A stretch of DNA of 64,000 nucleotides, taken from Selaginella moellendorffii (taxonomy: Eukaryota > Plantae > Lycopodiophyta). Every line of letters starts with the position of its first letter. Positions within the stretch are counted from its first letter, which is position 1. Positions 22,825-36,823 of this stretch are shown piece by piece. The notes under the pieces were generated by a model that saw nothing but the letters and a program-made list of their open reading frames with translations, made no database searches and was not told the origin of the DNA. The position numbers and the translations under genes are program-made. Where the stretch lies: assembly GCF_000143415.4 (NCBI RefSeq), contig NW_003314361.1, positions 1 through 64,000 on the forward strand. Reading direction: 5' to 3'.

Positions 22825-24196
22825 TCAGTAGGATGGCCTAAAAGTACCATATTTAGCATTTGTGGATGTAGAATTTACTAACGGAATATTGTTCCTCACC
22901 ATGAAATGATAATGATTGTGTGTTCTTAACTCTTTCTTGATTTTCTTATACATCCATTTATGCACACCTTTCACACCAGTTCTTGGGCAGTTGTGATAGC
23001 ATTCTAGAAAAGTTTCTAGACCCATACAGCCTTTCATTTTATCTAAATAAAATTAGCAGATGGGACACTGGAGATAATATGTGTTCATTCTTTGAAAATT
23101 TTCAAGCATTTCTAGAGCAAGATCTTGAAGAAACATCTGGCATCACTCTTGAAGCACATGAGGCAATCCATCTTTAGTAGTAACATGTAGAACATTATTT
23201 GGAAGAGGGATCTTTTGTTCAGTCACACTTAGGGCTACAAAAGAAAAAGCCTCACAACGATTGTTGTGTGGAGGGAAGGGTGGAATGTTGGTAAAAGTTG
23301 GAGACGAAGGTGGAAACTCATATGAAATGCATAGGGGCCAAGTATGAGTAGCAATAGCATTTTCCCTAGCCATTCCTACACTCTAAATAAATTGAAATTT
23401 CAATGTTGAAAGCATCTCTTGTCGGTATTTATACTAAGAAAAAATCTAGGGGTTCTTGAAAGTTTAAATTGTCAGTCTCAAAAATGGGACTTCAGAATTA
23501 TAACAGTGTTAGAACCACTTGTATATATAATAATATCTTTATACATGCTAGAATACTATTATTCTTGAAAATATAATATTCTCCACTTTACTCATAAAGA
23601 ATTAAACTTTTGAAAAAACTATGCATGATTTTCACATTACATTAAAGGGTGGCTTAAATATCCCATAGTCAGCAGTTACTGATGCAGTGTTCACCAATGG
23701 AATATTGTTCTCCACCATGAAATCATAATAGCTGTGTGTTTTTAATTCTTTCTTGATTTTCTTATATATCCACGTATGCACACCTTCCAAACCCGCTCTT
23801 GGGCATTTGCGACAATGCTCAATAAAATTTACCAAACCATGCAACCATCTATCTTGTTTAAATAAAAGTTGCATATAGGACATTGAAAATAATATGTATC
23901 TACATTAAGCTCCTCTGCCATATCTGGAGCAAGATCTTGAAGAAAATATTGACATCGCTCTTGGAGCATTGGAGGCAATACAACTCTTTTAACAACATCA
24001 TAAGTAAAGAATTTTTGTTCAGTTGCACTAAGGTCACAAATAAAAGAGCCTCACAATAGCCCTCAAAATGAAAAAGAGGATTGTTGCGTAGAGGTGAAGG
24101 TGGATTATTAGTTGAGATTGGAGATGGAGGTGGAGACTCATATGAAAGACCTCTGGGACCAAAAGTAAATTTCTTCCTAACCATTGCAACACACAA
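22825..24196 (-). pseudogene. Two tandem paralogous small Cys/His-containing ORFs (22825-23373 and 23632-24196), disrupted
   Basis: Shared C..CPRxGxxGVHxWxYKKIKKELxTH...FMVxNNIPLVN and SYExPPxSP; about 810-bp spacing. Confidence 0.55.
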
Positions 24197-27100
24197 GAAA
24201 AATTAAACTTCCCAGCAATAAAAATTCTCTGATTAATATACTATATTTCAATCTCAGGAATGATGTTTTATTATCACATGACAATATATTGAATCATAAT
24301 TGTTAGTCTCAGTAATTTCAACCTACTATGAGAGACAAGTGGTTATAGGGTTTCAAAAGCTAAAAACTAGCATATAATTAATACATAGCCTTATTTTATA
24401 TAGTTGGCCTACCATATATAATAATGGCGAATACACACAAGCATGCGAGTATGCTTTTTTGCAAGATTACCTTTCAATCCCAAAATCATATATAGATTTA
24501 ACTCTTTGATTTGTCCACATCATATATCTTTGCAAAGACAAAACATATCAAAAGGAATAAGATATATATAAAAAATTTACTTTTTTTTTATAATATTTTA
24601 GTGGATTACAAAAGCCATTGAAAGGTTTATAGAGAGGATTTATTAGTGCTTTCCACTGTGTTATCCATTTCTTTTTTTCTTTTGCTCTAGATTGTTGTTT
24701 TGGAAGTAACAAGAGCATTTTTATCAATAATGACAGCAGTCTCCACATTCCCGAATGGGTAATAAGGACTAAGCGTGTAATATGGAAATTGTGGTAGTGA
24801 AACAAAATTAACATTCTCACATTTCTGTATACTAGAACTACTTACAGATTTTTTGTCTTCCTTGTTTCCCATCTCTATAAACCCTAAAGAATGAACGAGT
24901 GAATTAGTGTTTTGAATTATTTATATATTTCTGGTCAATTGTTGAAATATACAATAAAAATTTTAGGTTCATTCGAACTTCAATATTCCCATTTTATTTG
25001 GGACCAATAAAGCCCAAAAATTTCTATGGGTTCAGACAAACTTCTAATTTTAGAAATTGTATAAATTGCATTAGAAAGATTCAAAAAATAAAAATCTCTT
25101 TGAACCATTGATACTTAAATTCATAAATTTCAAGTTCACTAAAGAATAACATTTTTCTGACTTAATATTTCCTTATAAGACTTATGGTTGACTATGTTGA
25201 CTAGCATTGACTTGAGCTGAATTGAGCTCAACTCAACTTTGGACCATCCCTGATCAGATGGAGGATTCTATTTACTTTTGCTCCTTACATTTTGCTTAGA
25301 GGTTGTTTGTGCAAAACAGCTAGCCCATCCACGGGAGTGAGGCCCTCTGCACTTGTTTCCCCTGTTCACTGTTAAAGGTAAATCCTTTACAGCAAAGACG
25401 AGTGAACTATCATGAAACTTAAGTTACAGATGCTTAGAAGCCAATGGCAAGTGTACTCATGAAAGAAAAATTTTCTCAGCTTGATCAGGCATGGGCAAGA
25501 CCTCTGGATCAAAGAATTTGTGGGGACAAATAAACGAATGGACACACTTTGTCAGTTATGGAATGTCCTTGACCTTTCCCCCCACTTGTGGTGATCGATA
25601 GCCAGCTCCCAGGCTTTTGGAAGGGCTACCAATCATGGATCCTCTCCTGGAGCTGCCACCGATGCTGGAATCTTTGCAGTCAACCATACTTTAGAATGCC
25701 ATTCCAAAGCTTATAAAAGAATTGGAAGAGTATGTTTGACAGTGGAAAGCACGAGACAATTGAGCTGTGAGCAGAAGTAAGGCATGTCAAAGCACTAAAA
25801 CCGTTGCTATCTATCTGATATTAAAAATCAACATCAACAACAATGCTTCCAGGATAGCAAAAATTTGGAGGAAATTGGTGGGAAAGCTAGCTATATAAGG
25901 GAGGGCAACTAAAAGGAAGGGTTTAGTTAGGTTTTACCCTTTTCTTGAAGTGTTTAAAAGCATTTAAAAATGTTTTTAAAGTGTTTATGAGGAGATTGTG
26001 AGTGTTAGTGAAATTGCACTTGAGTTTTAATTAGCTTTGGAGTGTTTTTGAAAGCTTTAATTATAACTTATGGTTAGCCATTGACAATAGGTCCTCGAGC
26101 AATTTCATGAAGTAATCTTTATTTGTTTCTCTCACAATTTATTAGAGTTTCACATAAATGCAATATAGTGGAATCAATGCAGCACAACACCTCTTGACCT
26201 CAGTTCTGATATAGACCTTATTAGATGGAAGCAGCTAGAGGATAGTTACAAACCTAATTGGACTTTGCAAGCTAGGAATAAGATGCCATATTTTCTTGGC
26301 TTGGAAAAATTGCTAGTGAATAGGGTTTTTGAATCTTTGTGTGGGGGGATATGCATTTAAGAATTGTGTGTGTGTCTCACTAAGGGGCTCATTTGTTTGA
26401 CTCTGGTGTTCCTGCATTTTTGGGCAAAAATCAATAAATAAAATTGAGCTAAAGAGGAGGTAGCAAGAATATTTTAACTAGCCTTCAGTGGAACTGCAAT
26501 ATGTGTTATAGTGGCATCACCAATAGTAGCAATGCCAACATTTGGGTCATCAGGAGGCTCTAGGGAAATGCCATTGGCCTCCTCAACTTTCGAGGAGCTA
26601 TTAAGAAGGCCTCAAATGACTGTAGAGGGTGGTCAAAGGCATTAAATTCTTCAAAAAGGATGAATTTCAGAATCAAGGATTTGATTTGGAACCACCATAT
26701 GATGATTTTACCTCCTTCCATAGGGCTAAAGACCTCACGGAAGAAGAGGAAGAGGGTATGAATTTTTGTTGGCATTTGGCAAAGAAGGTCAAGGACAAGG
26801 CAATTTCATAATGGCTTAGTAAGAAATTCCTTAAAATGGAAGTGGATAGAATTGTGAGGAATGACTATAGGGGATGAAGATCATAACAAAGATCTTAGGC
26901 ATCCAAATCTTAAAGGAATATCCCCTCTCCTTGCCTTGGTGCCATGACTAAAAACACACCTTTGATAGTTTCCAAAGCTTAGATGGTACAAGCATATCCA
27001 AGAGAAGGATGCATCCAAAAAATCCAAAAAGCAGCGGAACAGCAATAATAAAGACAGACAATGGTGGCTTTGTGACTGGAAAGAGGAAGTAGTCGAAGAA

Positions 27101-30100
27101 ATGCTAGAAGGAGCACATCCCGATGAAGTACTCTGGGGAGGCAGGGTGGCCACAAGCCTCTTGCTGCACAAGTTTATCTCTCAGGCCTCTTGATAGAAGG
27201 CATAGGGGAAGCACAAGCAGTGGATGCAGTAGTCACAGAGAGGAGACTCTGGAATGTAGAACACAGATCATAGCTTGCACCTGTACCAGCACGAGTATGT
27301 CTATATAACTGCTAGAGGAGGAACCAGAGTAGACAGGCAGCCATGCACGATGCCTGGCCCTGGTCAAGAATCTCCATGTTCCTTCCCAAGGCCACATAGG
27401 GGCAAACAGCCCAGGGGATGTCCATCAGCAATTGCACAAACCTGATTGCCACCCCTCGTTGCACCACTGCCGGACACAAACCCTGCCTCCGTGTATCGTT
27501 GATAGCCAAAATAGCCCTCGTCGCCACTGGAAGGAGTAGAACCCATTGTCGTCAGATCAATGAAGGCTGAGTGCTGCACACAGCTAATTTGTGTAACTTA
27601 AACATCTTGCACAAGAACCTGATGATGGGGATGGCATGGGAGTTTGTCAGATCAAATAGATTTAAAATAGTGATCAAATCAAATTTGCATTAATATAATT
27701 CAAATAAATTTCCATAGTTTCGCCTTCTTTTCTTCACCCATCTCCATCCTCCTCCTCTGCCATCTTCTTCTTCTGCCTCATTCACCTCCAGCACCTCTTC
27801 CTGTCACCTCCAATGCTTGGTTGCCTACTGTTGTTAAATTGGCTTCCTTGTTCATGTCTCCTGCACTAGTTCACCCGTTACAAGCGGCTCTGCAAAAAAA
27901 AAAAAAAAAAAACCACACGCACAAAAGAGGATGGGTATCAGCGGGGTCTGCACTCTTCTGCAATTTTGAAGTGAGCAGCTGTAAGAGGTGGCTGTGGCTG
28001 AGCGTCAGCTATGGCAGCGAGGTACATCAGATTTTACTGGAGTTTCAGCTGGTACCTAAAAGAGAAAGCAGGGAAGAATTAAATCTTCCTTGTGTCACCA
28101 GCATACTTGCACTGCAATCGGTAAAGCGCAATAGGACATAACATAAGTGTTTTAAATGAATTACATTGTGGAGTCCTTGAAGTTGTACCGATCACCATTC
28201 ATTGCAAACTGTGACACCTCCCTCTTTCTCTTTCCACTGGCTGTCACCTCCAGGTCCACTGCAGCACTCTTCTAGTCACCTCTTCTTCCCAACTGTCAAT
28301 TCTACTTGGTCCACGTCTGCTATTGGCACCTTGTCCTGAGCGAGAAATGCTTTCCAGAAATATTCTGGATGCACAGGTTTGCAGCCATGACAATCAGCTC
28401 AAACTGATGGTTCCAAAATCATTTTTGGACAAAGCAAACATTATTTGCATCAATATCATAGTTTCAAAGTATGATGGTTACTCTGCTTCTTGCAATACTT
28501 GCCTTTCTGCCCACAAAGCTTCTTTGTTACTCCTCCAGCTTCTCCATCTAGACTTGTAATTCATGTGTATTCCTGCTCCTCTGCTTGCTTCTCCACCTCC
28601 ACTTTCTTGGCCATGTTCCATTACGTGCTGCAGATCAACATTATGGATCAGCTCTTCCGTTTCCCTTTTGAGCCTAGACAAGATCCCCATTCAATTTCCT
28701 TGTCACTGAGCCTCGACCTTCTCCTTCTCGTTCCTAAACTCGTCGGATTCTGTCATTAAGTCTTGTTGACGTTCCCGGAAATCACCTATACCTCTTTCAA
28801 TCAGTTGAACCTTGAGAAGAGCTTCCTGCTCCTTCTCGATCACATCAATCCTCTAATTCTCCTCTTGAATCTGCACCTTTTTCTCACCAAACGAAGCACG
28901 GAGATCTCTTTCTCAAAGTCAACCTTCTTTATCCTTAAAGCCTGCTCCTTCTCATCCAAGTTGCAGAAAAAACTTAAGCGACTGAGTCATAGAATACAAT
29001 GTTTACTAGGCTTTGCTTTGACATGGCCAAAAGATAATACTCATTAAAAAGGACTACCTTTGCTTGTTCAAGCTCATGCTGTCCTTGCTGCCAATCTCTT
29101 GCAACAACAAGAATTCCTGTTATTTTTTGCTGCATTTTGCCCTTTCCATGTAAAAGTAAGACAAACATAAACAGAAAGGTATTGTAGAAAGCAATGTTTG
29201 GCTCATAATGCAAAGACAATTTCAGTGATTAACTTGGGAATGCAACATCTCTCAAATTGCACTAAAGCTTCTTTACCTTTGCTTTGGAATTGAATAAGTT
29301 ATGCCTTATTATATTCCCTCATCTCCCCACTAAATGATGTTCCATTTTTAAAAAATTGTATAAGAGCATTAAAAACCTTTTCCTGCACAAAAATTAGAAA
29401 ATAAGCTCATTGAAACACTCTTGTATCCACTTATGCTAAAGAACATGCTTATCGTAATATTTTTATATCCACTTACCCCGAGAAACAAATATGCAAATTG
29501 GTATAAAATCAATAACTTTTTGCATCCTTTCAAGTGCATGTAGATAGCAATAGGACTCCCCTCCTGATCATTTTCATTCACATCACTGCCATAGTCTATA
29601 TTTCTATATGTTGGATCCTTGAGTTTGTCGTCACTATCTTTGTCTTCGACATCGTCACCATCTTCACCACGCAGACCTTGCTGTTTGATTTTCGTGCAGC
29701 TACACACAGGACGCTGGGGTTCTTTGTCCAGATCCACGTCCATGTGTTGGAGCAGTCTCTTGTCAGCTTCAAGGAGGATCTGTGGAACTTGGCATGGGGT
29801 GGCCTGGCTGGAGCTGGCTCCTGAAATCGGAATCTGGCTGGAGCTGGCTCCTCGATGGAACTGGAGCGTGGCTGGAGCTGGCTTCTGGGACCAGAGCTTT
29901 GTCATCCCACCTGCAATGAAAACAAATAGGACTGGTGAATAAAAGCGAGAGAATACTTCAATGCAGCCATAGCAAACTTCTGAGTGTTCATGGATGTTAT
30001 GATCCGGCACAAAAAGACAAAGATTTAGTTGCCCTAGACCATGCTATGCCACCTCTTGAGGTTCCTCACCACTCAACCACCCCCGAGCTACCTCAAAAGC

Positions 30101-33032
30101 TCCACTGTGCCGCCACTCCACTGTGAGCCCTAGAGTAGGTTAAATCCCTTACCCTAACATGCCTTAATATACCTTTGAGCCTCCCTTTGACCGACGTTGA
30201 CCATGTAGTCAAAGCTGGTGCCTAACAATTCTTCCCCCCCAACAAAGTCCTTGTCCCAATGACAAGTTGTACCGGTGATCACCTTTTTTAGGGAATCCTG
30301 CTCAAGCTCCTGGTCCATCTTCCACAGCCGTATACATCAAAGAGGGGCCCGTCACTCCAAGATAGTACACCTTTCAACTGGCTGACATAAAATACCGGAT
30401 GAATTTTCACCCCAGCTGGCAGTCGCCATACCACAAGCCGCTTTACCAATGTGCTCCAGCACTTCATATGGACCAGCATATTGATAGGAGAGTTTATCAC
30501 TCTTCCCTATCCGTAAAGGCACTCTTCCACCGCTCACTTGACGGAAAGATCACTCACACAAAGACAAGATCACCCACCTTATATTCCCGGAATTGGCGAT
30601 GCTCATTGGCAAATTTCTCCGCTCTATCCTGAGCTACTTGCAAATTCCGTTTGCACACCACCAGAATCTCATCAAGTTCTGTGGCCAGATCAGTTGCCTC
30701 GGAATCAAGCTTATCTTGAACATCCTTACTCAAATGCAATCTCAACTCCACTGCTGTTCGAGGATGCCTTCCAACCATGGCAAAGTAAGGACTTAGCTTG
30801 GTTCCACTGTGTTGGCTATTGTTATAAGCAAATTGCACAAATGGAAGATATAGATCCCACTGTCTTTGCCTTTGACCAATGTTACAACGTAGCATATCCT
30901 CCACCACCTGATTCATATGCTCGGTTTGCCCATCCATCTGAGGATGATCTCCACTCGAGAGTTTCAAAGTCACTTGCATAGCCTTTGCAAAGCTTTTCTA
31001 AAATCCACTAGTAAACTTTGAATCTCGATCACTAATGATGTCCTTTGGCAAACCAAAATCAAGAAAAACCTTCTCCAAGTAAACCGTAGCCAAGTATGAG
31101 GCAGTGACAGTCTTCCGAAGAGCCAACAACTGCACATACTTCGTCAACCGATCCACTATTACCCATACTTGCTCCTTTTGCCTCTGTGTTCGTGGCAAAC
31201 AAGTGATGAAGTCCATAGAGATACTACACCAACGGCTCTGAGGAATAGGTAAAGGTTGCAAAAGTCCCCCCGGCTTCTCCCGTGGCACCTTAACCCGCTG
31301 ACAAAGCTCTCATGATTTACAATATTTGAGGATATCAGCCTTCATATTCCTCCAATAAAAGTTGCGCTTAATCAACTCATACGTCTTCTTCCCCCCAAAA
31401 TGACCGGCCTCTGGACGATCATGATAGTGGAATAAAACTTGAGTAATTAACACATCCACCCGTGGCAAATACACACGGCCATTGTAATAGAGAATCCCAT
31501 CCACCAATGAGAAAGGGGCTTCCATCTAGTCTCGCAAAGAGGCCACCTCAGCATCCTGAGCCTGAGCATGCTCAACCAACTGCCCAAACTCGCTGACCAC
31601 TTTACTCAAATGATGACAAAATTGTTGTCGTAACATCGTCACATGACGAACACGAGATAAAGCATCTGCCACCACATTTGATTTTCCCGGACAATGCTCA
31701 ATAGGAAACTCCCCAAACTCCATGAGTTTGACCATCCAACGAGCTTGCCTAGTGTTCAACTCCTTCTGTGTGAAAAGATACACAAGTGGTTTGTGATCTG
31801 TTAACACCACGAACACTGCACCATAAAGATAGTGCCGCCACGTTTGCAAAGCATGAACAATAGAGAGTAACTCTTGCTCATATGTGGAATAGCGTTGCTC
31901 TGCGGAATTCAAAGTTCGACTCTCATATGCAATAGGCTGTCCCTCTTGCATGAGAACTCCTCCCAGTGCATAACCACTCGCATCGCATGTCACCTCGTAA
32001 GGTTTCGATGGATCAGCAATGCGAAGCACTGGAGTCTCGCTCAACAATCGTTTCAGTGCCACAAAATTCTCCTCTTGTGGCTTCTTCCACTCAAATGGCA
32101 CATTCTTGCATAACAACTGCGTCAAAGGAATAGCCACCTCTACAAACTTATACTAGAAACATCGGTAGTAACTAGCCATACCAAGAAACCTGCGCAACTC
32201 AGCCACTATAGTCGGTGTAGGCCAGTTTTCCACCATAGCCACTTTCCTTAGATCCGTCTTGACCCCCTTAGATGTCACAATATGGCTTAGATATTCCACC
32301 TCTGACTTTGCAAATTCACATTTGCTCTTCTTCGCATAAAGTTTGCTGTCGCAAAGTAACAAAAGAGCCTTGATGCTCTATTTCGTTAAAGTGGGATTTA
32401 TTCAGTAAAATGGGACTAGGTACAAATTTTCAAGTATTTGAAAATGACGTGAAATTATATGTTTTTTGTCCAAGGGCTAGACATATCTGGGGCATGGTGA
32501 CTAGCGCGGTGACTTTGTGTCCAGACTGAGTCCATCTGATTGTATAATAAATCTCATTGTCAAGGTGAACAAGCCGAATCTGAAGCTAAAGAAGAGCGAT
32601 GGCATGCGCGCACACACTATTTGTTTGTTCATTGAGTGTGTGGTGAGCTTTCCAAGATGAACGTCATTCCTATTAGCCAGACATATAACTTAATAGTGAG
32701 AACATTTAGATATTATTCAATGTTATTTTTTTCTAACGAATCTAATTGTGAAGGTGTAGCAAGAGGCATTGCTAGTCTGGAGAAGTCATTTAACTCATTT
32801 GACCCTTAGTGTATTTTCATGAAACTAAATAACATTCATATTATTAAGGAATTTCTCTAGTACCTTTTTTTTACGACATAGAGGCTTGCATTTCTTTCAA
32901 AGGTGATTTAGTAAAAGGCCTGAGGGCACATGCCATTCTATTTCTCAAACCGGTATTAAGATATACTAGTGCAAAGGGAAAAAAGTATTTGGTGATCAAG
33001 TAAATGGCATGAGGGCACACGCCATTATAAGC

Positions 33033-33290
33033 CTAAGCGCTAGTGGACACCTCCTTTTTGGTACTCTCAGCAGTACTATCATCCTTCTCCGGGTCAGTTG
33101 TTTTGCTTTGGATTGTTGTCTCTGACGTTACTGAGGCGTTCTCGATAGTTGTTAATGTTGCCGTTTGTTCAGAAAAATGATCATCTGGAGTATAGTACGG
33201 GGAGTTTGGAAGACTTATATATTCTACATCTTCACCTATCTCCTTCTCCATCTCCTTTTCTGCCTCACTTACAGATTTTGTGCTTGCCAT
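33033..33290 (-). CDS. Small acidic Ser/Thr-rich cargo ORF of unknown function
   Basis: MASTKSVSE...YISLPNSPYYTP...IENASVTSETTIQSK has a diverged homolog at ~24640-24872, which supports coding status. Confidence 0.45.
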   Translation of the reverse strand: MASTKSVSEAEKEMEKEIGEDVEYISLPNSPYYTPDDHFSEQTATLTTIENASVTSETTIQSKTTDPEKDDSTAESTKKEVSTSA

Positions 33291-34003
33291 GAGAACGCTC
33301 TTCACCCTAAAATATGGAGTTCGTTGTGTTATAAAAGGAAACCAACACACACGCTGCAAGGGAATGATGGTACATAAAGCATGTAATCCCACAATATGGG
33401 TTTATGTGCCATTAATATGGGCCACACGCCATATTATTAGATTTATGCACGTGTGATTGGTAAATGCATATGTCACATCATCTTTGTTTTACCTCACACA
33501 CTATATTAGGCCTAATGAACCATATCACATGTGCGCACATGCTATATATATGGAGAAGTATTATGCAAGGATAGAAAAATTCAATACATGATTGTGGAGA
33601 GCAATGGCATGAAGCCACATGCTAAATAACATTTTAGAGAAAGAATTAAAATAAAAACATGCAAACAGTACTGAGTGGACCAAGACTTAGAAGTGCACAA
33701 TTGAATGAGGTATTTCTAATAAATATTTCACTCACCTCATATAGGAATGGCTACCACTCTCAAATGGCATATCGCCTCATGCCATCACCTCGCAATTTGT
33801 TATAACAATCCGATGAATTCATATTCGGTTTGTTCACCTTGAACTTTAAGTAAGATTTGCTAGAACAACTAAGAATTTATACTTGTTATTTGTATCATCT
33901 CACCTAGGAATGGCGTAAGGCCACATGCCATCACGCCTCCTCTGATTCAGATTCAGATTGTTCACCTTGAAATAAAATACATTAGAAACTTAGTAAAGGA
34001 ATA

Positions 34004-36823
34004 TTAATGAATCTCACCTTGAACCCGGGTTATGAATGCTCTTGCTGCATCTTTTGCATGGTCTAGCAAGGTGATGGTGGCACTCTGCTTCCGCATCCAA
34101 CCATGCACAACATTATCCACCGATATGCTCATGTTGGGATCCCTTGGATTTAGCACCCATCTCTTTTCTAGGCAATCCTTCGTATATCCGGAACTTGGCT
34201 TGAACCACTCCACAGTTACATTGAAGGAGTTAGTTTCCGCGTCCTCCTCTGCATCAGTGATGCAGCGCCCCACCCATATCATTTGTTTTTTATTACTGGG
34301 TCTGACAAGCACGACCATTCCTTTGCAGACCTGTATTGGATTGAATGCTGAATCCGGCTTCTTGTTCCTCGGCCCACAATAGTGATCCTCAACATCGTTA
34401 TCTGTCACTGCATTTCCAAAGGACATTGTTCCGCTACTATCTGGTGCTCTGGGTTTTGGCCAAAAGGACTCTTCCAATTCTTCATATACAACCGGCCCAT
34501 TTTGGATAGCAGATATAATCTTCTCCCAGTATTCGAGCAAAGGCTTGCACCTCTGAAAATAGGATTCTCCACCAAACACCAACCCCCTCTTCTAGAAGGC
34601 AATATGCTGTCTAATCCCGGCCACTATACTTTTCTGGTCTTTGAGTCCATCCGGGTGCATCGGCCGTGGGGAACCCTGAGGAATCATAGGTTCCCCAGTT
34701 ATGGGATCTCTCTTGAAGAGTTCAATGCCGTCCACTGGCAGCCACACTGTGTCCCATTCTCTCATCTTGTACCTAATCACTGGAGCACCGTCACGTATGC
34801 TGAAATGAAACTGAAGAGGCTTGGAGTGGCCAATCAGCGTTTCGGATTCGTCCCTGATGTAGCCTCTTACAAACCCCTTAAAGTCTGGAACCTCTGTCAC
34901 AAGTGCAGCTTCAACAATGCCTTTGATGCAATTTTGGAATTCATCGTAGAGTTGTGGGAGGGTGAGGACATTCGATCGCCGGAGGGACTCTGCCAGGTGA
35001 CTGAACATGGCATCGACGTCTTCATAAGTGTGCCCAACCATGAGAAAGCCAAGTGTAACCGTTTCAAATATGCCTTTGGCAACAAGCATCGCCAAGTACG
35101 CGAAGACATACATGTTTTTGTTCTCACTGCCAGCATTGTCTGTTTGGAGCAGAAGATGGGGTGGAAGGCCACATCAGCCGCAAGAACTTCCTTGAGATTC
35201 TGCTTCGTTTGGATGAGGCTGTGCATTCACTGGGCGACCAGCCTCATCGGAATGGCATGAGGCCTCATGTGATAACCCTACAATCTGACGGCCAACATAT
35301 TCACTGGGATGGCATGGGGCCCCACGCGATACTGCAAGCCTTTGCTCCTCCTCCAGCTGAACCCTGTATGGGGTTCGATCGACAAGGGCCTTATGCAAGG
35401 GTTGGCCGTTCAGCTCAGTCTACGCACTTTGCAGAGACCTTAAGTGTTTTGCTAGGGACGCAATCATCATGTTTGCACCCCCGCCACCCCATAGAGGTAC
35501 AAAGAAGTTCCCATAGTTCTGGGCACCATGCCCATGAGCGATTATGCCAAACAGAGACACAGGCAGCTGCATGGATGAAGAGATTGCCTTGGGGGCAGGA
35601 TTGAGTCGAGGTAAGCACGTCTTTTTTTGGTCCATTTTGTCGTGGATGATGCAGAGGTAAGAGTCAGGTCTCTCCATGGAGAGAATCCTGTTATGATAAT
35701 ATGCAGTCCTATAGCTTCTCTGCTCGATGTTGTGGTCGAGCTGCCTTCTAACCAACGTCTCTCGCTCTTGAGCGATGCAAGAATTCTTCGACAAAGCCAT
35801 TTTGATAGCAGTGCACTCGTCACACTTTGAAAAGCTGGAGTACTTTCCTATACGCACATCCCTGAACCTGTTGCTCCACAATCTACTAAATCTAGATTGG
35901 CTCAGCTTCCTGTAGCCATTACTCTGGAGTTCCCGATTCACATCTTCCAATATGGCCCCCTTGGTATACATGGAAGGGAGAATTCGTTGGGTGTCTCGAG
36001 TTCCATCTTCCAAGAGGCGGGTTTTATGTGGTTGCTGCTCGCTACATGTCTCGACAAACCTCTTGAAGATTGCCTCTCCATATACAACGATGGTTTTGTG
36101 AGTACCGTCGTTCCCATGGACTACCTGTTGAACCCTTTGTTCCTCGAACTCAGTTTTGATTCTGTAGAATATGGTTCGAGGGACTCCATAAATGATTCTT
36201 CATGCCTTCATGCAGACCAAACCCCTTTGGAAGACCATGCCCCCCACCTAATGTTCTGAAGCATCAATAGATGACCGTAATGCCTCATACACAAAATTGC
36301 GAGCTGCCTTCCAGGACAATGTCTTGTATCTTGCTCTCTCCTCTTCAATAGCATCCCAATCAGCATGTTGACAGCACCTCCTCTTGCCACAAGCAACTGT
36401 CGAGACCATTCGAACCTCCATCGCCATTTTCTGCCTTTTCGGTTCGTTGCTCAGATCCCTTTGGCTGCGCTTTAGGAAGGTGTACTTTCTTTTCCCATGA
36501 AGAGATGTTCTGTCATCAGTTGTAGTGGTGTTTGATTGTGAATCCTTCACATTCTCAAACACTAAGTGCCTCAATTTCCACCGCACAATGCTTCCAATAG
36601 TCAGACTGTTTTCTTCTGTGTCAACAACCTCTAAAATCACAACTCCAATATCATCCCAGCCCAATTCTTGATTAGCAACCGCATCTCTTGGATCGACAAC
36701 TGTGGCTAAGCCCTCAGCTACCACCTCCCCCTCGGGGTTGTTTAGAAACACCTTTGCCTGAATCCATGTAGCACGGTTTTTAAGATCCACGGAGGGAACA
36801 TGCGTCGCACTTGCGGAGGCCAT
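34004..36823 (-). pseudogene. DDD transposase, Sola1/DUF7869-like, about 940 codons in one frame with five premature stops
   Basis: The five listed ORFs share one frame. Motifs: FSKCDEC, IIHDKMDQ, LPPHLLLQTDNAGSENKN, FLMVGHTYEDVDAMF. Stops at 36248, 36200, 35420, 35174 and 34592. Confidence 0.8.

Noticed and set aside
25325-25340. CCACGGGAGTG as the right TIR matching CACTCCACGTGG at 18458
   Set aside because: It needs an indel, there is no matching TSD, and the interrupted gene does not resume afterwards; the right boundary stays undefined.
25300-29990. Fragmentary coiled-coil and acidic ORFs
   Set aside because: Probably decayed genes or TE cargo, but there is no motif I can assign.
34382-35260. 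292-aa plus-strand ORF
   Set aside because: Antisense to the transposase catalytic core.
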